This document shows positions 31,538 through 41,885 of a stretch of DNA of 64,000 nucleotides, piece by piece. The translations under genes were made by a program, and so were the position numbers. The stretch lies in IMG/VR virus record IMGVR_UViG_3300050016_000310; one strand, given 5' to 3'. The notes beneath the pieces are model-generated. The model saw only the letters and a list, made by a program, of their open reading frames with translations. It was not told the DNA's origin and searched no databases. This DNA is from a virus. How positions within the stretch are numbered: the stretch's first letter is position 1; the number at the start of each line of letters is the position of its first letter.

Positions 31538-33420
31538 TGCCGCCTCTTGCCACCAAGCTCAAGCTCACCGCCCCACAAATCAAACTGCTCGTCGAAACGC
31601 TCAACAAAGCGTTCAAGGAAAAATCTCACAAAGAGAAGGCGAGTCTGGCGGATTACACGTTTGATCCGGTCACTTCGGGCGAGATCCGGACGGCCTTGGA
31701 AAAGGGGAGTCCGGAAGGGCTTGCGCTCTTCGATCAGGTGAGCAAGCTTCTGGACGAGGACGACCTTCGGAAATCCCTGGGGGGCGCGATCACCTACGAC
31801 ACCCATCACGACAAACAAGGCGCAGTGCCCGACTATTACGGCGCTATGGCGATCAAAAGTTTCAAGGGGCCTAAGACTAAAAAAGAGCACATCAATATTT
31901 ACGACTGGCAGTGGAGGATGGATCACAAGGGAGCCTTTACGGAGGACTCCGATAAGATCCTGACGAAGCTCCCGGCCGCCGAGCGGAAGGCTCTGATCGC
32001 CAAACTAGATTTCCCTGCTCGGTGGGAAGTGGAGAAGGACCCCCAGAAGGGCTGGACGGGTCTAGTGGCCGATGTCCCGCTCAAGAAGTGCTTCCTCAAC
32101 ATCAACTTCTACACGGAAAAGTTTATCAAGGCAGCCCAGACCCGGTTGAAGGTCGCGGGAGCCGATGCCGATACAATCGATCACGAAAAGCTCGTGGAGA
32201 ATTTGGCCGCATGGTTCAATGACAAGATCCGCCAAGAAGACGAGTACCACGACTCCGAGGAGTACGCGTTGGAACAAGACGACGGCTACTCAAAGGGGGA
32301 GGCCGAAGAGAAAGATTTCAAAAAGCTCCGCGACGATTCCAACTTTGACGATTCGGTCCTCACCTACATCCAACGTCTTGAAGATATTGGGGTAGATGAA
32401 AACGAGATCCAAAATTTGTTGGTAGGGAATGGTGAGAAAGAATTCTCCAGCAGCTACCACAACGTAGACAATTCAATGGGAAGTTTCGAGGGAGGGAGGG
32501 ATGAGCAAATCGATTTCGGCCGGGATGACGACCAGGGCTTTGCGGACGACAACAAGGATAAGAAGGACTTGTTCCCTTTCCCCGAGGATCTGGACGCCAA
32601 CATCGCCCTAATGGACACCGAGGATGTGGAGAAATTCCAAAAGGAGATCGATATCGGAGCAGTGGACATCCGATATAACGCTACCGACGGTTGCTATGAG
32701 GTTAAGGACATGACCGTCTATACAAGCGATAGCAATTCGGTCCATTGGGTCCTCGACGTCCCTGCCTTCATCTCCCAAGCTAAACGCCTCATCAAGAACG
32801 ACAAACTCTCGCTCAAAGAAGAGCGCCGAGAGCAGAAGCGCCTGGCCGGTCCTAAGAAGAAGCACCCGTCCGATGAAGCGATGGAACGGATCGCAGAGGA
32901 AGATGCAGCCGAAAGGAAGCGCACCGGGGTGGATGAGGACGACAACACGGCCGCATCGAGCTACCCCACCGTCTCCAGCGTTCTGGCTGATCCCTACGCC
33001 ACCGTCTCGCGGGTCTTGGCCGCCAAAAAGAAACCCCCAACCGATGATGAGCTGATGGACGCGCTGAAGTTCCTGAAGGACTCTGGCCTGGTCCCGACCG
33101 GCCACGGTAAGCCGACTCTACCCAGCCAGACCCCACCCTTCACGATCACCCTGGATCCAGCAGAGAATCTGTACTACCTGCTGGCGGACTACGGGAACGA
33201 CAAGAAAGATCTCTGGACCGTCACGCCCACGGGCGATTCCGAATACGTGGGGAGCGTCAAGGGGCACTTCCAAGTCCAACCTGGCTGGCACGAGTATTCC
33301 GACTCTGATTTCTACGATTATGTCCCGTTGGAAGTCATCCAAGAAGTTCTTGGGCTCCTCGATCCCACCTTCGAAAAAGACGACGAAGATTTTGGCGCCG
33401 GAGGTCCGGGGCATGGGTAA
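31537..33420 (+). CDS. Large acidic hypothetical protein
   Basis: 627 aa; internal SYPTVSSVLA/PYATVSRVLAA motifs. Confidence 0.7.
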   Translation: MPPLATKLKLTAPQIKLLVETLNKAFKEKSHKEKASLADYTFDPVTSGEIRTALEKGSPEGLALFDQVSKLLDEDDLRKSLGGAITYDTHHDKQGAVPDYYGAMAIKSFKGPKTKKEHINIYDWQWRMDHKGAFTEDSDKILTKLPAAERKALIAKLDFPARWEVEKDPQKGWTGLVADVPLKKCFLNINFYTEKFIKAAQTRLKVAGADADTIDHEKLVENLAAWFNDKIRQEDEYHDSEEYALEQDDGYSKGEAEEKDFKKLRDDSNFDDSVLTYIQRLEDIGVDENEIQNLLVGNGEKEFSSSYHNVDNSMGSFEGGRDEQIDFGRDDDQGFADDNKDKKDLFPFPEDLDANIALMDTEDVEKFQKEIDIGAVDIRYNATDGCYEVKDMTVYTSDSNSVHWVLDVPAFISQAKRLIKNDKLSLKEERREQKRLAGPKKKHPSDEAMERIAEEDAAERKRTGVDEDDNTAASSYPTVSSVLADPYATVSRVLAAKKKPPTDDELMDALKFLKDSGLVPTGHGKPTLPSQTPPFTITLDPAENLYYLLADYGNDKKDLWTVTPTGDSEYVGSVKGHFQVQPGWHEYSDSDFYDYVPLEVIQEVLGLLDPTFEKDDEDFGAGGPGHG

Positions 33421-33426
33421 TCCCCG

Positions 33427-33858
33427 ATGATCCCGATCACGCAGGACCAGTTCGGCGAAGAAGGCAACTGCATGGCGGCTTGCGTCGCCTCAATCCTGGA
33501 GCTGTCGCTCGATCAGGTCCCCAACTTCGCCGCAGGAAACAACAGCTCGGGCGCCTGGTTCCCCAAGATGTGGGACTTCCTCTATCCACGCGGCTTCGAG
33601 ATCGTCCCTTACTACCTGTCCGGCCGGGTCAATCCCGACGACACACCCCTACCAGATGAAGTGCTCAACTTTCTGGATCTACCTGAGCATCTCCTCAAGG
33701 TTCATCCGTACTACCTGCAATGCGGACCGGCCGCCCGAGGCTTCAGCCACGCGACCGTGGGACGCGGTGGCCTCATCGTCCATGATCCCCACCCGAGCCG
33801 GGCGGGCCTCATCAAGACCGACCACTACCTGTTTCTCTGCCCCCTCTCGAAAGAGTAG
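33427..33858 (+). CDS. Possible papain-fold (C39-like) protein
   Basis: QDQFGEEGNCMAACVASIL...SHATV...HDPHP. Confidence 0.55.
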   Translation: MIPITQDQFGEEGNCMAACVASILELSLDQVPNFAAGNNSSGAWFPKMWDFLYPRGFEIVPYYLSGRVNPDDTPLPDEVLNFLDLPEHLLKVHPYYLQCGPAARGFSHATVGRGGLIVHDPHPSRAGLIKTDHYLFLCPLSKE

Positions 33859-33861
33859 GAC

Positions 33862-35532
33862 CTACTTCTTTTTCTTGGCGGCCTTCTTAGTGGGTTTGGC
33901 GGCCGGTTTTTTGTGTCGCTTCTTGCCAACTTTTTTGCTGACTTTTTTCTTTTCCGGTTCCGGCACCATGTAGCCGGTGTCGTGCAGCCGCTCAGGGAAG
34001 CGCTCGATCGCGGCCGACTCGTCAAAGCCGTTATCGTAGCTCCAATCTTTCCCGATAGGAGTTTCGGTTTCGAGGTGGTATCCAGACCCGGCGCCGTTTT
34101 CCGACAGGTTGTTGAAAATTCTCGCGAGCGGAACCACCAGATAAAATTTCCCGTCCGATAGAACGGTGGACTCTCCGTTGGGAAACTCAATACCCTCCAG
34201 CTCTCGGACGATCATCTTGTACATCTCGTCTTCGGTGCCTACCTGATGCCCGTCGTGAGCGGCATCCCGGAGTGCCTGGATCAAGTCCTCCGGCAACTCG
34301 TCCGCATGCTGCTTGTACCAATCCCCATTACTATAACCTTTGGAGGGGGACGAATCGGTCTCCCGCTCGACCTGCTTCACCGCTTCCTGAATCTTCGCAT
34401 AGGTCAGAGGATTGTCTTTTTGAAGGCTATCGATCAGCTGGGTGCAATCCAAATATTCAAGATCGTCAACGTCACTGTAGTAATCAAAATCTTCCATGGA
34501 GGGCAGGTCTACCTTGGCGCCCAGATCTTTCAACTTTTGGGAAAATTCTTCCGGGTAAGTACCATATAGCCAAACGTCATCCCCCTCCAGAGAGATCTCG
34601 GAACCCTCCCCGTCTTTGCTCAGGTTGTGGAACATCTGCTGAACGACTTTTTTAATCAGCTTCGGCTTATTTTTGACCACTTCGATATCTTGGACTTTGC
34701 CGTCCAATTTAATCAAACCGGCATTGCTCAAATCGCGACTATCCACATCCGCCGTTTTGAAATCGGTGAGTAGGAGATCCTTCACGTAGGAGTGATATTT
34801 TTCAACTACCTCCGCATTGCCTTTGCCCTTGATCTGATTGACGGACTTGCTGGTATCAGCACCGTGTCCGTGCAACCCCACCTCGATCGTCACGTGAGGT
34901 TCGTTCTGCGGATCCCTAAGAGAGAGGATCTGGACATTCCCTGAGTTTACATTTCTCCAGTAGCTTCCCACGCAATGGCCCATCTTGGTACCCTCTTGCG
35001 ACAGGGTCGCCTCAGAGGTTAGATCACGCCAGGTAAATCCATCCGAATACTTCTTGAAAATCTTCTCACCCTCAAGCGCTTCCCCTTGATCGACCTTCTT
35101 CTTGGTCAGCTGCTTTGTCCACGCGTCCGACTGCTTGAGTGCCTCCGGCACCGTCAGGGCATCGAGCTTAGCCGGAGCCTGCTCCGACTTCAGATAATCG
35201 ATGACGTGACGGATCTTGTCCCGAAGAGGCTTGTCGATCTGGACCCTGAAAATCTCTTTGCCTTCATCCAGGGCCTTTTGAAGCCAGGGGGGTGATGTCG
35301 GATCAGTCTGATGAACCTGCCGGGCCTCTTCGTAATCCCGAATCAGATACTTGCGGAGGTTCGAGTTCAACCATTGGCGGATCGGTTCGTCTTCCTGAAC
35401 CCCCACCGTCTGCACGAACCGGTCAATGTCCTCGACGTTGACGACGTTGCGCGCCAACACCACCTGGGCGAGCGTCCGGTATCGCCAGTTATTTCCAAGG
35501 ACTTGCGCGAGGGTGGGATAACGCGGCGGCAT
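33862..35532 (-). CDS. PcfJ-like domain protein, paralogue of 30149-31537
   Basis: LARNVVN, EGTKMGHCVG, ILSLRDPQNEPHVTIE, QIKGKGN. Confidence 0.8.
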   Translation of the reverse strand: MPPRYPTLAQVLGNNWRYRTLAQVVLARNVVNVEDIDRFVQTVGVQEDEPIRQWLNSNLRKYLIRDYEEARQVHQTDPTSPPWLQKALDEGKEIFRVQIDKPLRDKIRHVIDYLKSEQAPAKLDALTVPEALKQSDAWTKQLTKKKVDQGEALEGEKIFKKYSDGFTWRDLTSEATLSQEGTKMGHCVGSYWRNVNSGNVQILSLRDPQNEPHVTIEVGLHGHGADTSKSVNQIKGKGNAEVVEKYHSYVKDLLLTDFKTADVDSRDLSNAGLIKLDGKVQDIEVVKNKPKLIKKVVQQMFHNLSKDGEGSEISLEGDDVWLYGTYPEEFSQKLKDLGAKVDLPSMEDFDYYSDVDDLEYLDCTQLIDSLQKDNPLTYAKIQEAVKQVERETDSSPSKGYSNGDWYKQHADELPEDLIQALRDAAHDGHQVGTEDEMYKMIVRELEGIEFPNGESTVLSDGKFYLVVPLARIFNNLSENGAGSGYHLETETPIGKDWSYDNGFDESAAIERFPERLHDTGYMVPEPEKKKVSKKVGKKRHKKPAAKPTKKAAKKKK

Positions 35533-35545
35533 ACTTAAAACTAAC

Positions 35546-35686
35546 CTATCTGCCCGTCATCCTCAGGTACTGAGCATACACCAGCAGCCCGGCCGCAATC
35601 ACAAGTAAGACCCCAGCCCGCCTACAGATTTTCCTAAAATGCTCTCGCTGGCGAGACCAGATCCGAACGATTTCCTCATCCATCAT
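35546..35686 (-). CDS. Small membrane protein (46 aa)
   Basis: Manual translation MMDEEIVRIW...GVLLVIAAGLLVYAQYL. Confidence 0.5.
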   Translation of the reverse strand: MMDEEIVRIWSRQREHFRKICRRAGVLLVIAAGLLVYAQYLRMTGR

Positions 35687-35857
35687 CCCCCTGCCTTACA
35701 CCGCCGCCCGCCTCGCGTCAAATCGACCGGGCATTCTGCAATTAATTTGACTTGAACCGTCAACCCCGCCGGGGTAGGCACAAAGGACACGTCGATCCCG
35801 GTCCAAACGACTCCAAATAAGATGGACCACTCTCCTTCACCACTCAAAGGAAACTAG

Positions 35858-37318
35858 ATGTCAAAAAAAGTGAAAGCTCCCAAGAAAGAAAAGATCGCGA
35901 AGGTCACCAAGGTCACGAAGGCCAAGAAGACGATCGCGCAGGATGAACCCGGCTCTCTCGTGGCCGGGTCCGCCAATCTCCAGGCGATCGAAGGCTTCCT
36001 AGAGAAGCAGCTCAAGTGGACGGATCGTGTCCGCGCCAAAGAAGTGGCGTCCAATGAAGCTCTCGACCTGACGCTCCCCCAGTTCCTCTCCAAGTCCCTC
36101 GAAGCCTCCGTGAACCAGGAGGACGAAGCCTACGCGGAAGCGCTGAAGGCCCGCTCGGCCGACGATAAGCACACGGCGATCGTCAAGATCATCGAAGCGC
36201 GCCAGCGGGCGCTCACCGACACGACCGAAGATGAAGCGGCCGTAGAGGAAACTCAATACCTGGATGACGCCGGGGCAGAGCCCGACGCACTGAAGACCCC
36301 CCGCAAGAAGGGCTGGCTGGAGCGCACGTTCGATGAACTTTGCGTCCAATACCAAGCAGATCCATCCGATGACGTCCGCGACAGCCTCTTGGGCCTCATC
36401 GCCCAGATGGAAACGAATCGCCGAGTCCGGTTCTTCTACGATCTCCAGCAGCTCCGAATCGGCGCCTCCAACCGCTCCTCGACCTACGCTCGCGAGTTCG
36501 GGGTCAAGGACAGCTTCATCGATTACGCAGGCACCCAGCTGGAACGGCTGGAGCGTCACAGCGAGAAGATGGTGGACCGGATCCTGGCCCGCTCACCTGA
36601 CGGCGAGTTCTACGCCTATCTGATCGAGACCTACCTGGGTGTCGGCACGATGATGGCTGGTTGCATGATCTCCGAGATCTCCGCGCCGGAGCGGTTCCGT
36701 ACCGTCTCCTGCCTGTGGAAGTACGCGGGGCTCGCGGTCGTCAACAACGATCCCGCGACCGGCCGGGGCGGCCATTCACAGCGTCGGATGAAGGGGGAGG
36801 CGGCGGCCTGGAATCATTTCCTGCGCACCAAGCTCCTGGGAGTCCTGGCAAGCTGCATGATTAAAGCCCAAACCCGTCACATCGGGACGCCCGAGGAGAG
36901 CACGAAAGGTCGGAACGTCAAGGTCCTGAACGACTACAAGAACCGGCTCGCGACTCAGAACGATCTGGTCCCGGCATCCCAGCGGGTCTATAACGCGAAG
37001 GGCAAGGAAATCTTCACGTACCAGACGAACAAGCCAATCCAGGTCTACTCGGAAACCAAGCAGGGGCTTGGGGAAGTCCGGCCGTGCGACATCAAGCGCC
37101 GCTCCAAGGCCCACATCAACAAGATGGCAACCCGGTACATGATCAAAATGTTCCTGGTTGAGATCCTGAACAAGTGGAGAAACCTGAAGGGCTATGAATC
37201 TCTCCCGACGTACGACGAAGCGAAGCTGCGCGGTGGGATTCCCCACGGCGGATTCAACAACCGTCCGCTCCCAGTTCCGGCCGGGCGGAATCTCCCGCAG
37301 CCCAATCAGCACGCGTAA
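35858..37318 (+). CDS. tasA: Tas-like (Nop/IS110 C-terminal-domain) RNA-guided protein without evident nuclease, with long N-terminal extension
   Basis: YDLQQLRIGASNR, GVGTMMAGCMISEI, FRTVSCLWKYAGL, WNHFLRTKL, YKNRL, HINKMATRYMIKMFL; immediately upstream of dual-repeat arrays. Confidence 0.8.
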   Translation: MSKKVKAPKKEKIAKVTKVTKAKKTIAQDEPGSLVAGSANLQAIEGFLEKQLKWTDRVRAKEVASNEALDLTLPQFLSKSLEASVNQEDEAYAEALKARSADDKHTAIVKIIEARQRALTDTTEDEAAVEETQYLDDAGAEPDALKTPRKKGWLERTFDELCVQYQADPSDDVRDSLLGLIAQMETNRRVRFFYDLQQLRIGASNRSSTYAREFGVKDSFIDYAGTQLERLERHSEKMVDRILARSPDGEFYAYLIETYLGVGTMMAGCMISEISAPERFRTVSCLWKYAGLAVVNNDPATGRGGHSQRRMKGEAAAWNHFLRTKLLGVLASCMIKAQTRHIGTPEESTKGRNVKVLNDYKNRLATQNDLVPASQRVYNAKGKEIFTYQTNKPIQVYSETKQGLGEVRPCDIKRRSKAHINKMATRYMIKMFLVEILNKWRNLKGYESLPTYDEAKLRGGIPHGGFNNRPLPVPAGRNLPQPNQHA

Positions 37319-37328
37319 AATTGCTATC

Positions 37329-37373
37329 CTAATGGCAAGTCTGGGGGCATCTTGGGCCTCAACTTGCCATTAG
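37329..37373 (+). other. Stem-loop between tas and array 1
   Basis: 12-bp inverted repeat CTAATGGCAAGT / ACTTGCCATTAG. Confidence 0.6.
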
Positions 37374-37399
37374 AATGGCAACTCGTTCTTTGAAAAGAC

Positions 37400-38210
37400 C
37401 TGCGCCTCAGAAACTTTGAAACCCCTACGGAAAGATGCGCGCCCTAGTAGAAGTGAAATCCAATAATAAGCTGCTTGCCTAGATGTACGTGACGCCCTAA
37501 TGCCGCCCGCGAGCCTTTTTCCCGTTGTCACCCTAAGGTGAAATGCCTGCCTTTGGCCCTCTGAAATCCTATCAGCTATTGCGTGCCTACAAAAGGATGA
37601 AACCCAACCTCAACGGCGTGCCTCCGAATCGTTTGAATCCCTGCCAATTAGTGCTGGCCTCCGTGGACGTATTGAAATCCAGAATTGAATTGCTTGCCTT
37701 GCTTTCTTTGACGCCCCGAACTTAATCGCGTGCCCCTGCGGTCCTGAAGCCCTAAAATAAAATGCTCGCCCCTTATTGAGTGACGAAGCCCATAAGTGAA
37801 CTGCGAGCCCTGGAAGGTCTCGAAACCCCTATTGACCTGTGCGAGCCCAGCGCCTGTGAAACCCATAAGGAACATGCGAGCCCTGAGAATTCTGAACACC
37901 CTCTTTGATCTGCAAGCCAAGGATCGTGTGAAACCCTTTATAAGATTTGCGAGCCTAGATGCGAGTCCTTATCCCCGATCTACGTTGCGAGCCCTGAGAA
38001 TTCTGAACACCCTCTTTGATCTGCATGCCAAAAAGTTAATGAAACCCCTTCTCGTACTACGTGCCCGAGCTTATTTGAATCCCCCGTCTAAGTGCCTGCC
38101 CCTGATCCATGAAACCCAGACCTGGGTCGCGTGCCCTTCGTGTCGTGAAACCCATAATCTTATTGCGAGCCTCTCCTCCATTGAAACCCTACATCTCAAT
38201 GCGTGCCTCT
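37400..38210 (+). repeat. TIGR-like array 1 (~22 units of ~36 nt)
   Basis: Alternating TGCGAGCC-like and TGAAACCC-like octamers separated by ~10 variable nt. Confidence 0.9.
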
Positions 38211-38279
38211 CCGCCGTCCGATAGTCCGTCACGGGCCTTGCAAGCTAGAGGGCACCTGGGGGCTAGGAAGGGACTTAAA

Positions 38280-38564
38280 ATGAAGCGACCTACTTGGCGA
38301 GGCTTGGTGTTCTTGAGTCTATTGAGCCTCGGCGGCTTCGCGCTCGCCGATGGCGGTCCCTCTCCTACCCCTTCAACCTCCCCCACGACTCAACCGACAG
38401 AACAACCAGCGCCCACTCCCCTCGTCACGATCCCACCCATCATCAACAGCTGCACGCTCGTTGGATGGGCAGAAGGCAATACCGTGCAACTCTACACGTG
38501 CCCCGTGAACGGAAAGACTTGTGTTCTAGCTGCGGGCAATACGACTCAGCTTACCTGTTACTGA
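38280..38564 (+). CDS. Small secreted Pro/Thr-rich protein with Cys-rich C-terminus
   Basis: Signal-peptide-like N-terminus MKRPTWRGLVFLSLLSLGGFALA; four Cys. Confidence 0.65.
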   Translation: MKRPTWRGLVFLSLLSLGGFALADGGPSPTPSTSPTTQPTEQPAPTPLVTIPPIINSCTLVGWAEGNTVQLYTCPVNGKTCVLAAGNTTQLTCY

Positions 38565-38902
38565 TCAGAAGGGTTCGCAAGCTCAACAAGGGTCTGGCCA
38601 TGACAGGGCAACGGAAAACAGAAACATCCGAGGACCAACCCCTTCAGTTCCGGGATCCGGGCCAGCACCTCCGGCTGCGCCCGGATCCATTCCCGATGCC
38701 GGGCAATCGCCTCTAAATGGCTCGTGACCTTCACGCGGACGCCCGGCCCCCACTGCGTGGCGAACGGATTCCCCCAAAACGAAGGGCGACCCACGAAAAT
38801 ATCGTAGGGCTGCCGGAGGCAATGGACGACGAGCTGTTTTTTTATTTGTGCTCGCACCAGCGGCAGATCCCGTGAAGAAACATATCCCAATCTCCAGTCC
38901 AC
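38558..38902 (-). CDS. DUF4326-like protein (start uncertain)
   Basis: DIFVGRPSFWGNPF...LKGLVLGCFCFPLPCHGQTL. Confidence 0.8.
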   Translation of the reverse strand: MDWRLGYVSSRDLPLVRAQIKKQLVVHCLRQPYDIFVGRPSFWGNPFATQWGPGVRVKVTSHLEAIARHREWIRAQPEVLARIPELKGLVLGCFCFPLPCHGQTLVELANPSDQ

Positions 38903-39188
38903 TTCTTACACTGGCGGCATCGGCTCTCGCCAAATCCCCCAACCCAATCCGCGATTCTTCCCGCCCACCTAGACATGCGCCCTTATCGCTCCCCCGCTCC
39001 GCCCTGTCCACTAGAAGTTGCTGCGGGCCATCGCTAGAAGTTAGAGTTCCCTATCTGGCCATATTATGGTTCATGATTTCTGATATTCGTTGTTTTAATT
39101 GCTGAATTTGACTCGCCCCAGACCATATTATGGTCTGACATCCCTAGAACTTACTGCCGCCTCTGCCCCTTTTGGTAAAAGGAAATCC

Positions 39189-39458
39189 ATGTTCGACTCA
39201 CTGAATTCCCCGCGCCACATGCTGCTCAACGCGCAACAGGCCAAGGAATACCTGGGACAAGCCGACCGCCCCGCGTGGCTCCAAGCCGAATGGCTCAGAC
39301 GTCAGGAAGCTGCCCAGATCCAGGCCGCCTTGCCTCCACCCCCACCCAAGACCTTCCGAGAATGCCTAGCCGAGATATCGGCGATGCCCTTGATGCCTCA
39401 AGATTACTACCTGACAGTGGGGCTCTGGGAAGATCTCTTCGATCACGACTGGACATAA
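39189..39458 (+). CDS. Hypothetical protein
   Basis: ATG with AAGGA RBS. Confidence 0.55.
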   Translation: MFDSLNSPRHMLLNAQQAKEYLGQADRPAWLQAEWLRRQEAAQIQAALPPPPPKTFRECLAEISAMPLMPQDYYLTVGLWEDLFDHDWT

Positions 39459-39484
39459 TTAATTTAACGCGATAGCCAATTAAT

Positions 39485-39823
39485 ATGATCCATCCCGGCG
39501 CCATCGTCACCGTTCCGATCCAGGGCAAGCTCGCTCGCTGCTACGTCAAAACGATCCACGTCAATGCGTTGCTCGAAGCGATACTCGATGTCTCCCCGGT
39601 GGACTCGCCGAACTATACGTGCCCGGTACGGGCGCTCAATGTCACTCACATCGAGAACCAGGGCAAGCCTCAGCAGTGGTACCTGGGGGTCCACCGGTCC
39701 TCCGAATATCCCTATCCCCCTCTCTTCCACATCCATTCTAACGGCGGCATACCTCCGTCCCGCCCTCTCCACCTCGACGGCACTCCCTTCACCCGAGAAG
39801 AACTCCGAGATACCCGGCGATGA
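39485..39823 (+). CDS. Hypothetical protein
   Basis: 112 aa, ATGA-coupled to the next gene. Confidence 0.6.
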   Translation: MIHPGAIVTVPIQGKLARCYVKTIHVNALLEAILDVSPVDSPNYTCPVRALNVTHIENQGKPQQWYLGVHRSSEYPYPPLFHIHSNGGIPPSRPLHLDGTPFTREELRDTRR

Positions 39824-40407
39824 GTACTTGGGATCAGATTGGAGGGTTCTGGGGACTCGGGATCAGCCTTGCCGTGCTCGTCCTCTGCACCTGGCGCATC
39901 GTAAAATTAAATCAGGCTGACCTCTGGCGGCGCGGGATCTGCCCCTACTGCCGGATCACCATCCAGAATGAAGCCTGCATTGCTTGCGAGAAAAAATCCA
40001 AGCGCTCTGACGAGATCATCCAGCGCGAAGGGCGCATCAACAAAATCATGCTGGAGCAGCGGGCCCGCCAAGAAGCCTGCAAAGCAGGCAGCGCACCTCC
40101 CCCACCCGATATGTCACTGACCGAATTCCAGGGACAGCTCCTGGTGGCGATCAAAAAGTCTCCAGCCGAATGGCACCAGTTCATTGACGATGTGGTGGCG
40201 GGGAAGCTCGATCCGGATCCCTGGTGGAAGATCAACCTGGCCCACGGCCGCGTGATCCTCCACTCCTACACGCCCCACTCCCCTACCCGCGCCGAGCTGG
40301 ACGCAATCATTAAATCAGGTCAGCACCTGCGCGGCCATGACGTGCAGCTATCTCCTGGGTACGTCGCGAACGGCTCGATCCAGGGTGCCGATCAATTCCC
40401 CAAGTAG
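39820..40407 (+). CDS. Membrane-anchored hypothetical protein with zinc ribbon
   Basis: N-terminal TM segment, CPYC...CIAC. Confidence 0.65.
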   Translation: MSTWDQIGGFWGLGISLAVLVLCTWRIVKLNQADLWRRGICPYCRITIQNEACIACEKKSKRSDEIIQREGRINKIMLEQRARQEACKAGSAPPPPDMSLTEFQGQLLVAIKKSPAEWHQFIDDVVAGKLDPDPWWKINLAHGRVILHSYTPHSPTRAELDAIIKSGQHLRGHDVQLSPGYVANGSIQGADQFPK

Positions 40408-40539
40408 AATTTTACATCTGGGTTTACACGATGGGCCCTAACGGCCCACAGCCCCACAGCGTTTCCCTCCAGGGGTCTTTTCATTTCGGCCGAATCTGTT
40501 AGGCTGCCCGGGCCTCTGCCCATAGGGTGAACCGTAGAG

Positions 40540-41885
40540 TGCGAGCCTTGTGATGGGTGAAGTCCCTCGTGTATTTGCGAGCCTATGCTCCTCTGAAAAC
40601 CAAAACCTAGATGCGTGCCCCAATGGAAACGAATTCCTCCGAGACATTGCGAGCCTTAAGAAAAATGAAACCCCTATCCCTGGCGCGAGCCCCAAAAGAA
40701 TTGAAACCCTAAAGACCCACGCGAGCCCTTTCATAACTGAAGCCCCGACCTTTGGTGCATGCCAGCCTCATTTGTAGCCCCATAAAGCATTGCTAGTCTT
40801 TTAACCCAATGCTAGGGAACGCGAGCCTCGATCTGCTTGCCGAATGATCTTTGAAAACCTGCCAATACCTGCTCGCCTTGAATAAGGTGAAGCCCAATGC
40901 TCACATGCGCGCCTTAAAACGACTGAAGCCCGATATGTGATTGCGTGCCTGATGACAGATGAATCCCTAGCAAGGAGGGCGAGCCCCATGTCTCATGCCG
41001 ACCTACCAGCTCGTGCTTGCCCGATAGAATGTTGAACCCCTAACTATCTCTGCGAGCCCGGCAGCCCATGAATCCCAAAAACTGCGAGCGAGCCACAGAT
41101 GAATTGAAGCCCATAACATGCCTGCAAGCCTGGATACTTTTTGCAACCCTAAGTAGCCCCGCGAGCCTTCAGCCCAGGTGACCCCCTATATAATTGTGCG
41201 AGCCTTCAGCTTTGTGAGATCCAATTTTGTTCTGCGAGCCTTCCCATTTTTGAAATCCTTCGATGAAGTGCAGGCCCTATCAAAAATGAAACCCAATGCT
41301 ATCATTGCGAGCCCTAGCTCCCATGAAATCCTCAATCGGTGTGCGAGCCCTAGCTCCCATGAAATCCTCAATCGGTGTGCGAGCCCTTCGTACAATGCCA
41401 CCCTGTGTACTGTTGCGTGCCTTACTGGCCACGAAACCCGCAACCAATCTGCACGCCGTCCATAAAGTGAACCCCTACAGAAACCTGCGAGCCTATACCG
41501 CTGTGAATTCCAAAAACCATATGCAAGCTCTTACATTTCTGAACCCCTAATTGGACATGCGAGCCTCCAGACATCTGATGCCCCAGTCCGTTCTGCCTGC
41601 CTCAAAACTTTTGAAACCCCTACGCCGATTGCGTGCCAGAAACTGTATGAACCCCATAGTGTTTTTGCGTGCCAAGACAGCACCGAAACCCCCCATTAAT
41701 GTGCGAGCCCCGTTCATGGTGAAATCCAAAACCACTCTGCGTGCCGACGAACCGGTGAAATCCCTAATCTGACAACGGGCCTTGACAGCCATGCCATCCA
41801 AAAATTCGGTGCAAGCCCAACCTCTCCTGAAACCCAAAAGGCACTTGCAAGCCCTTCAGTCCATGACGCCCTTTTAGTTGCTGCT
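40540..41885 (+). repeat. TIGR-like array 2 (~37 units)
   Basis: Same dual repeats and ~36-nt period; exact tandem unit duplication at 41306-41377. Confidence 0.9.

Noticed and set aside
35858-37318. Active IS110/IS116 transposon
   Set aside because: No N-terminal RuvC-like DEDD domain and no element ends; adjacency to dual-repeat arrays fits Tas better
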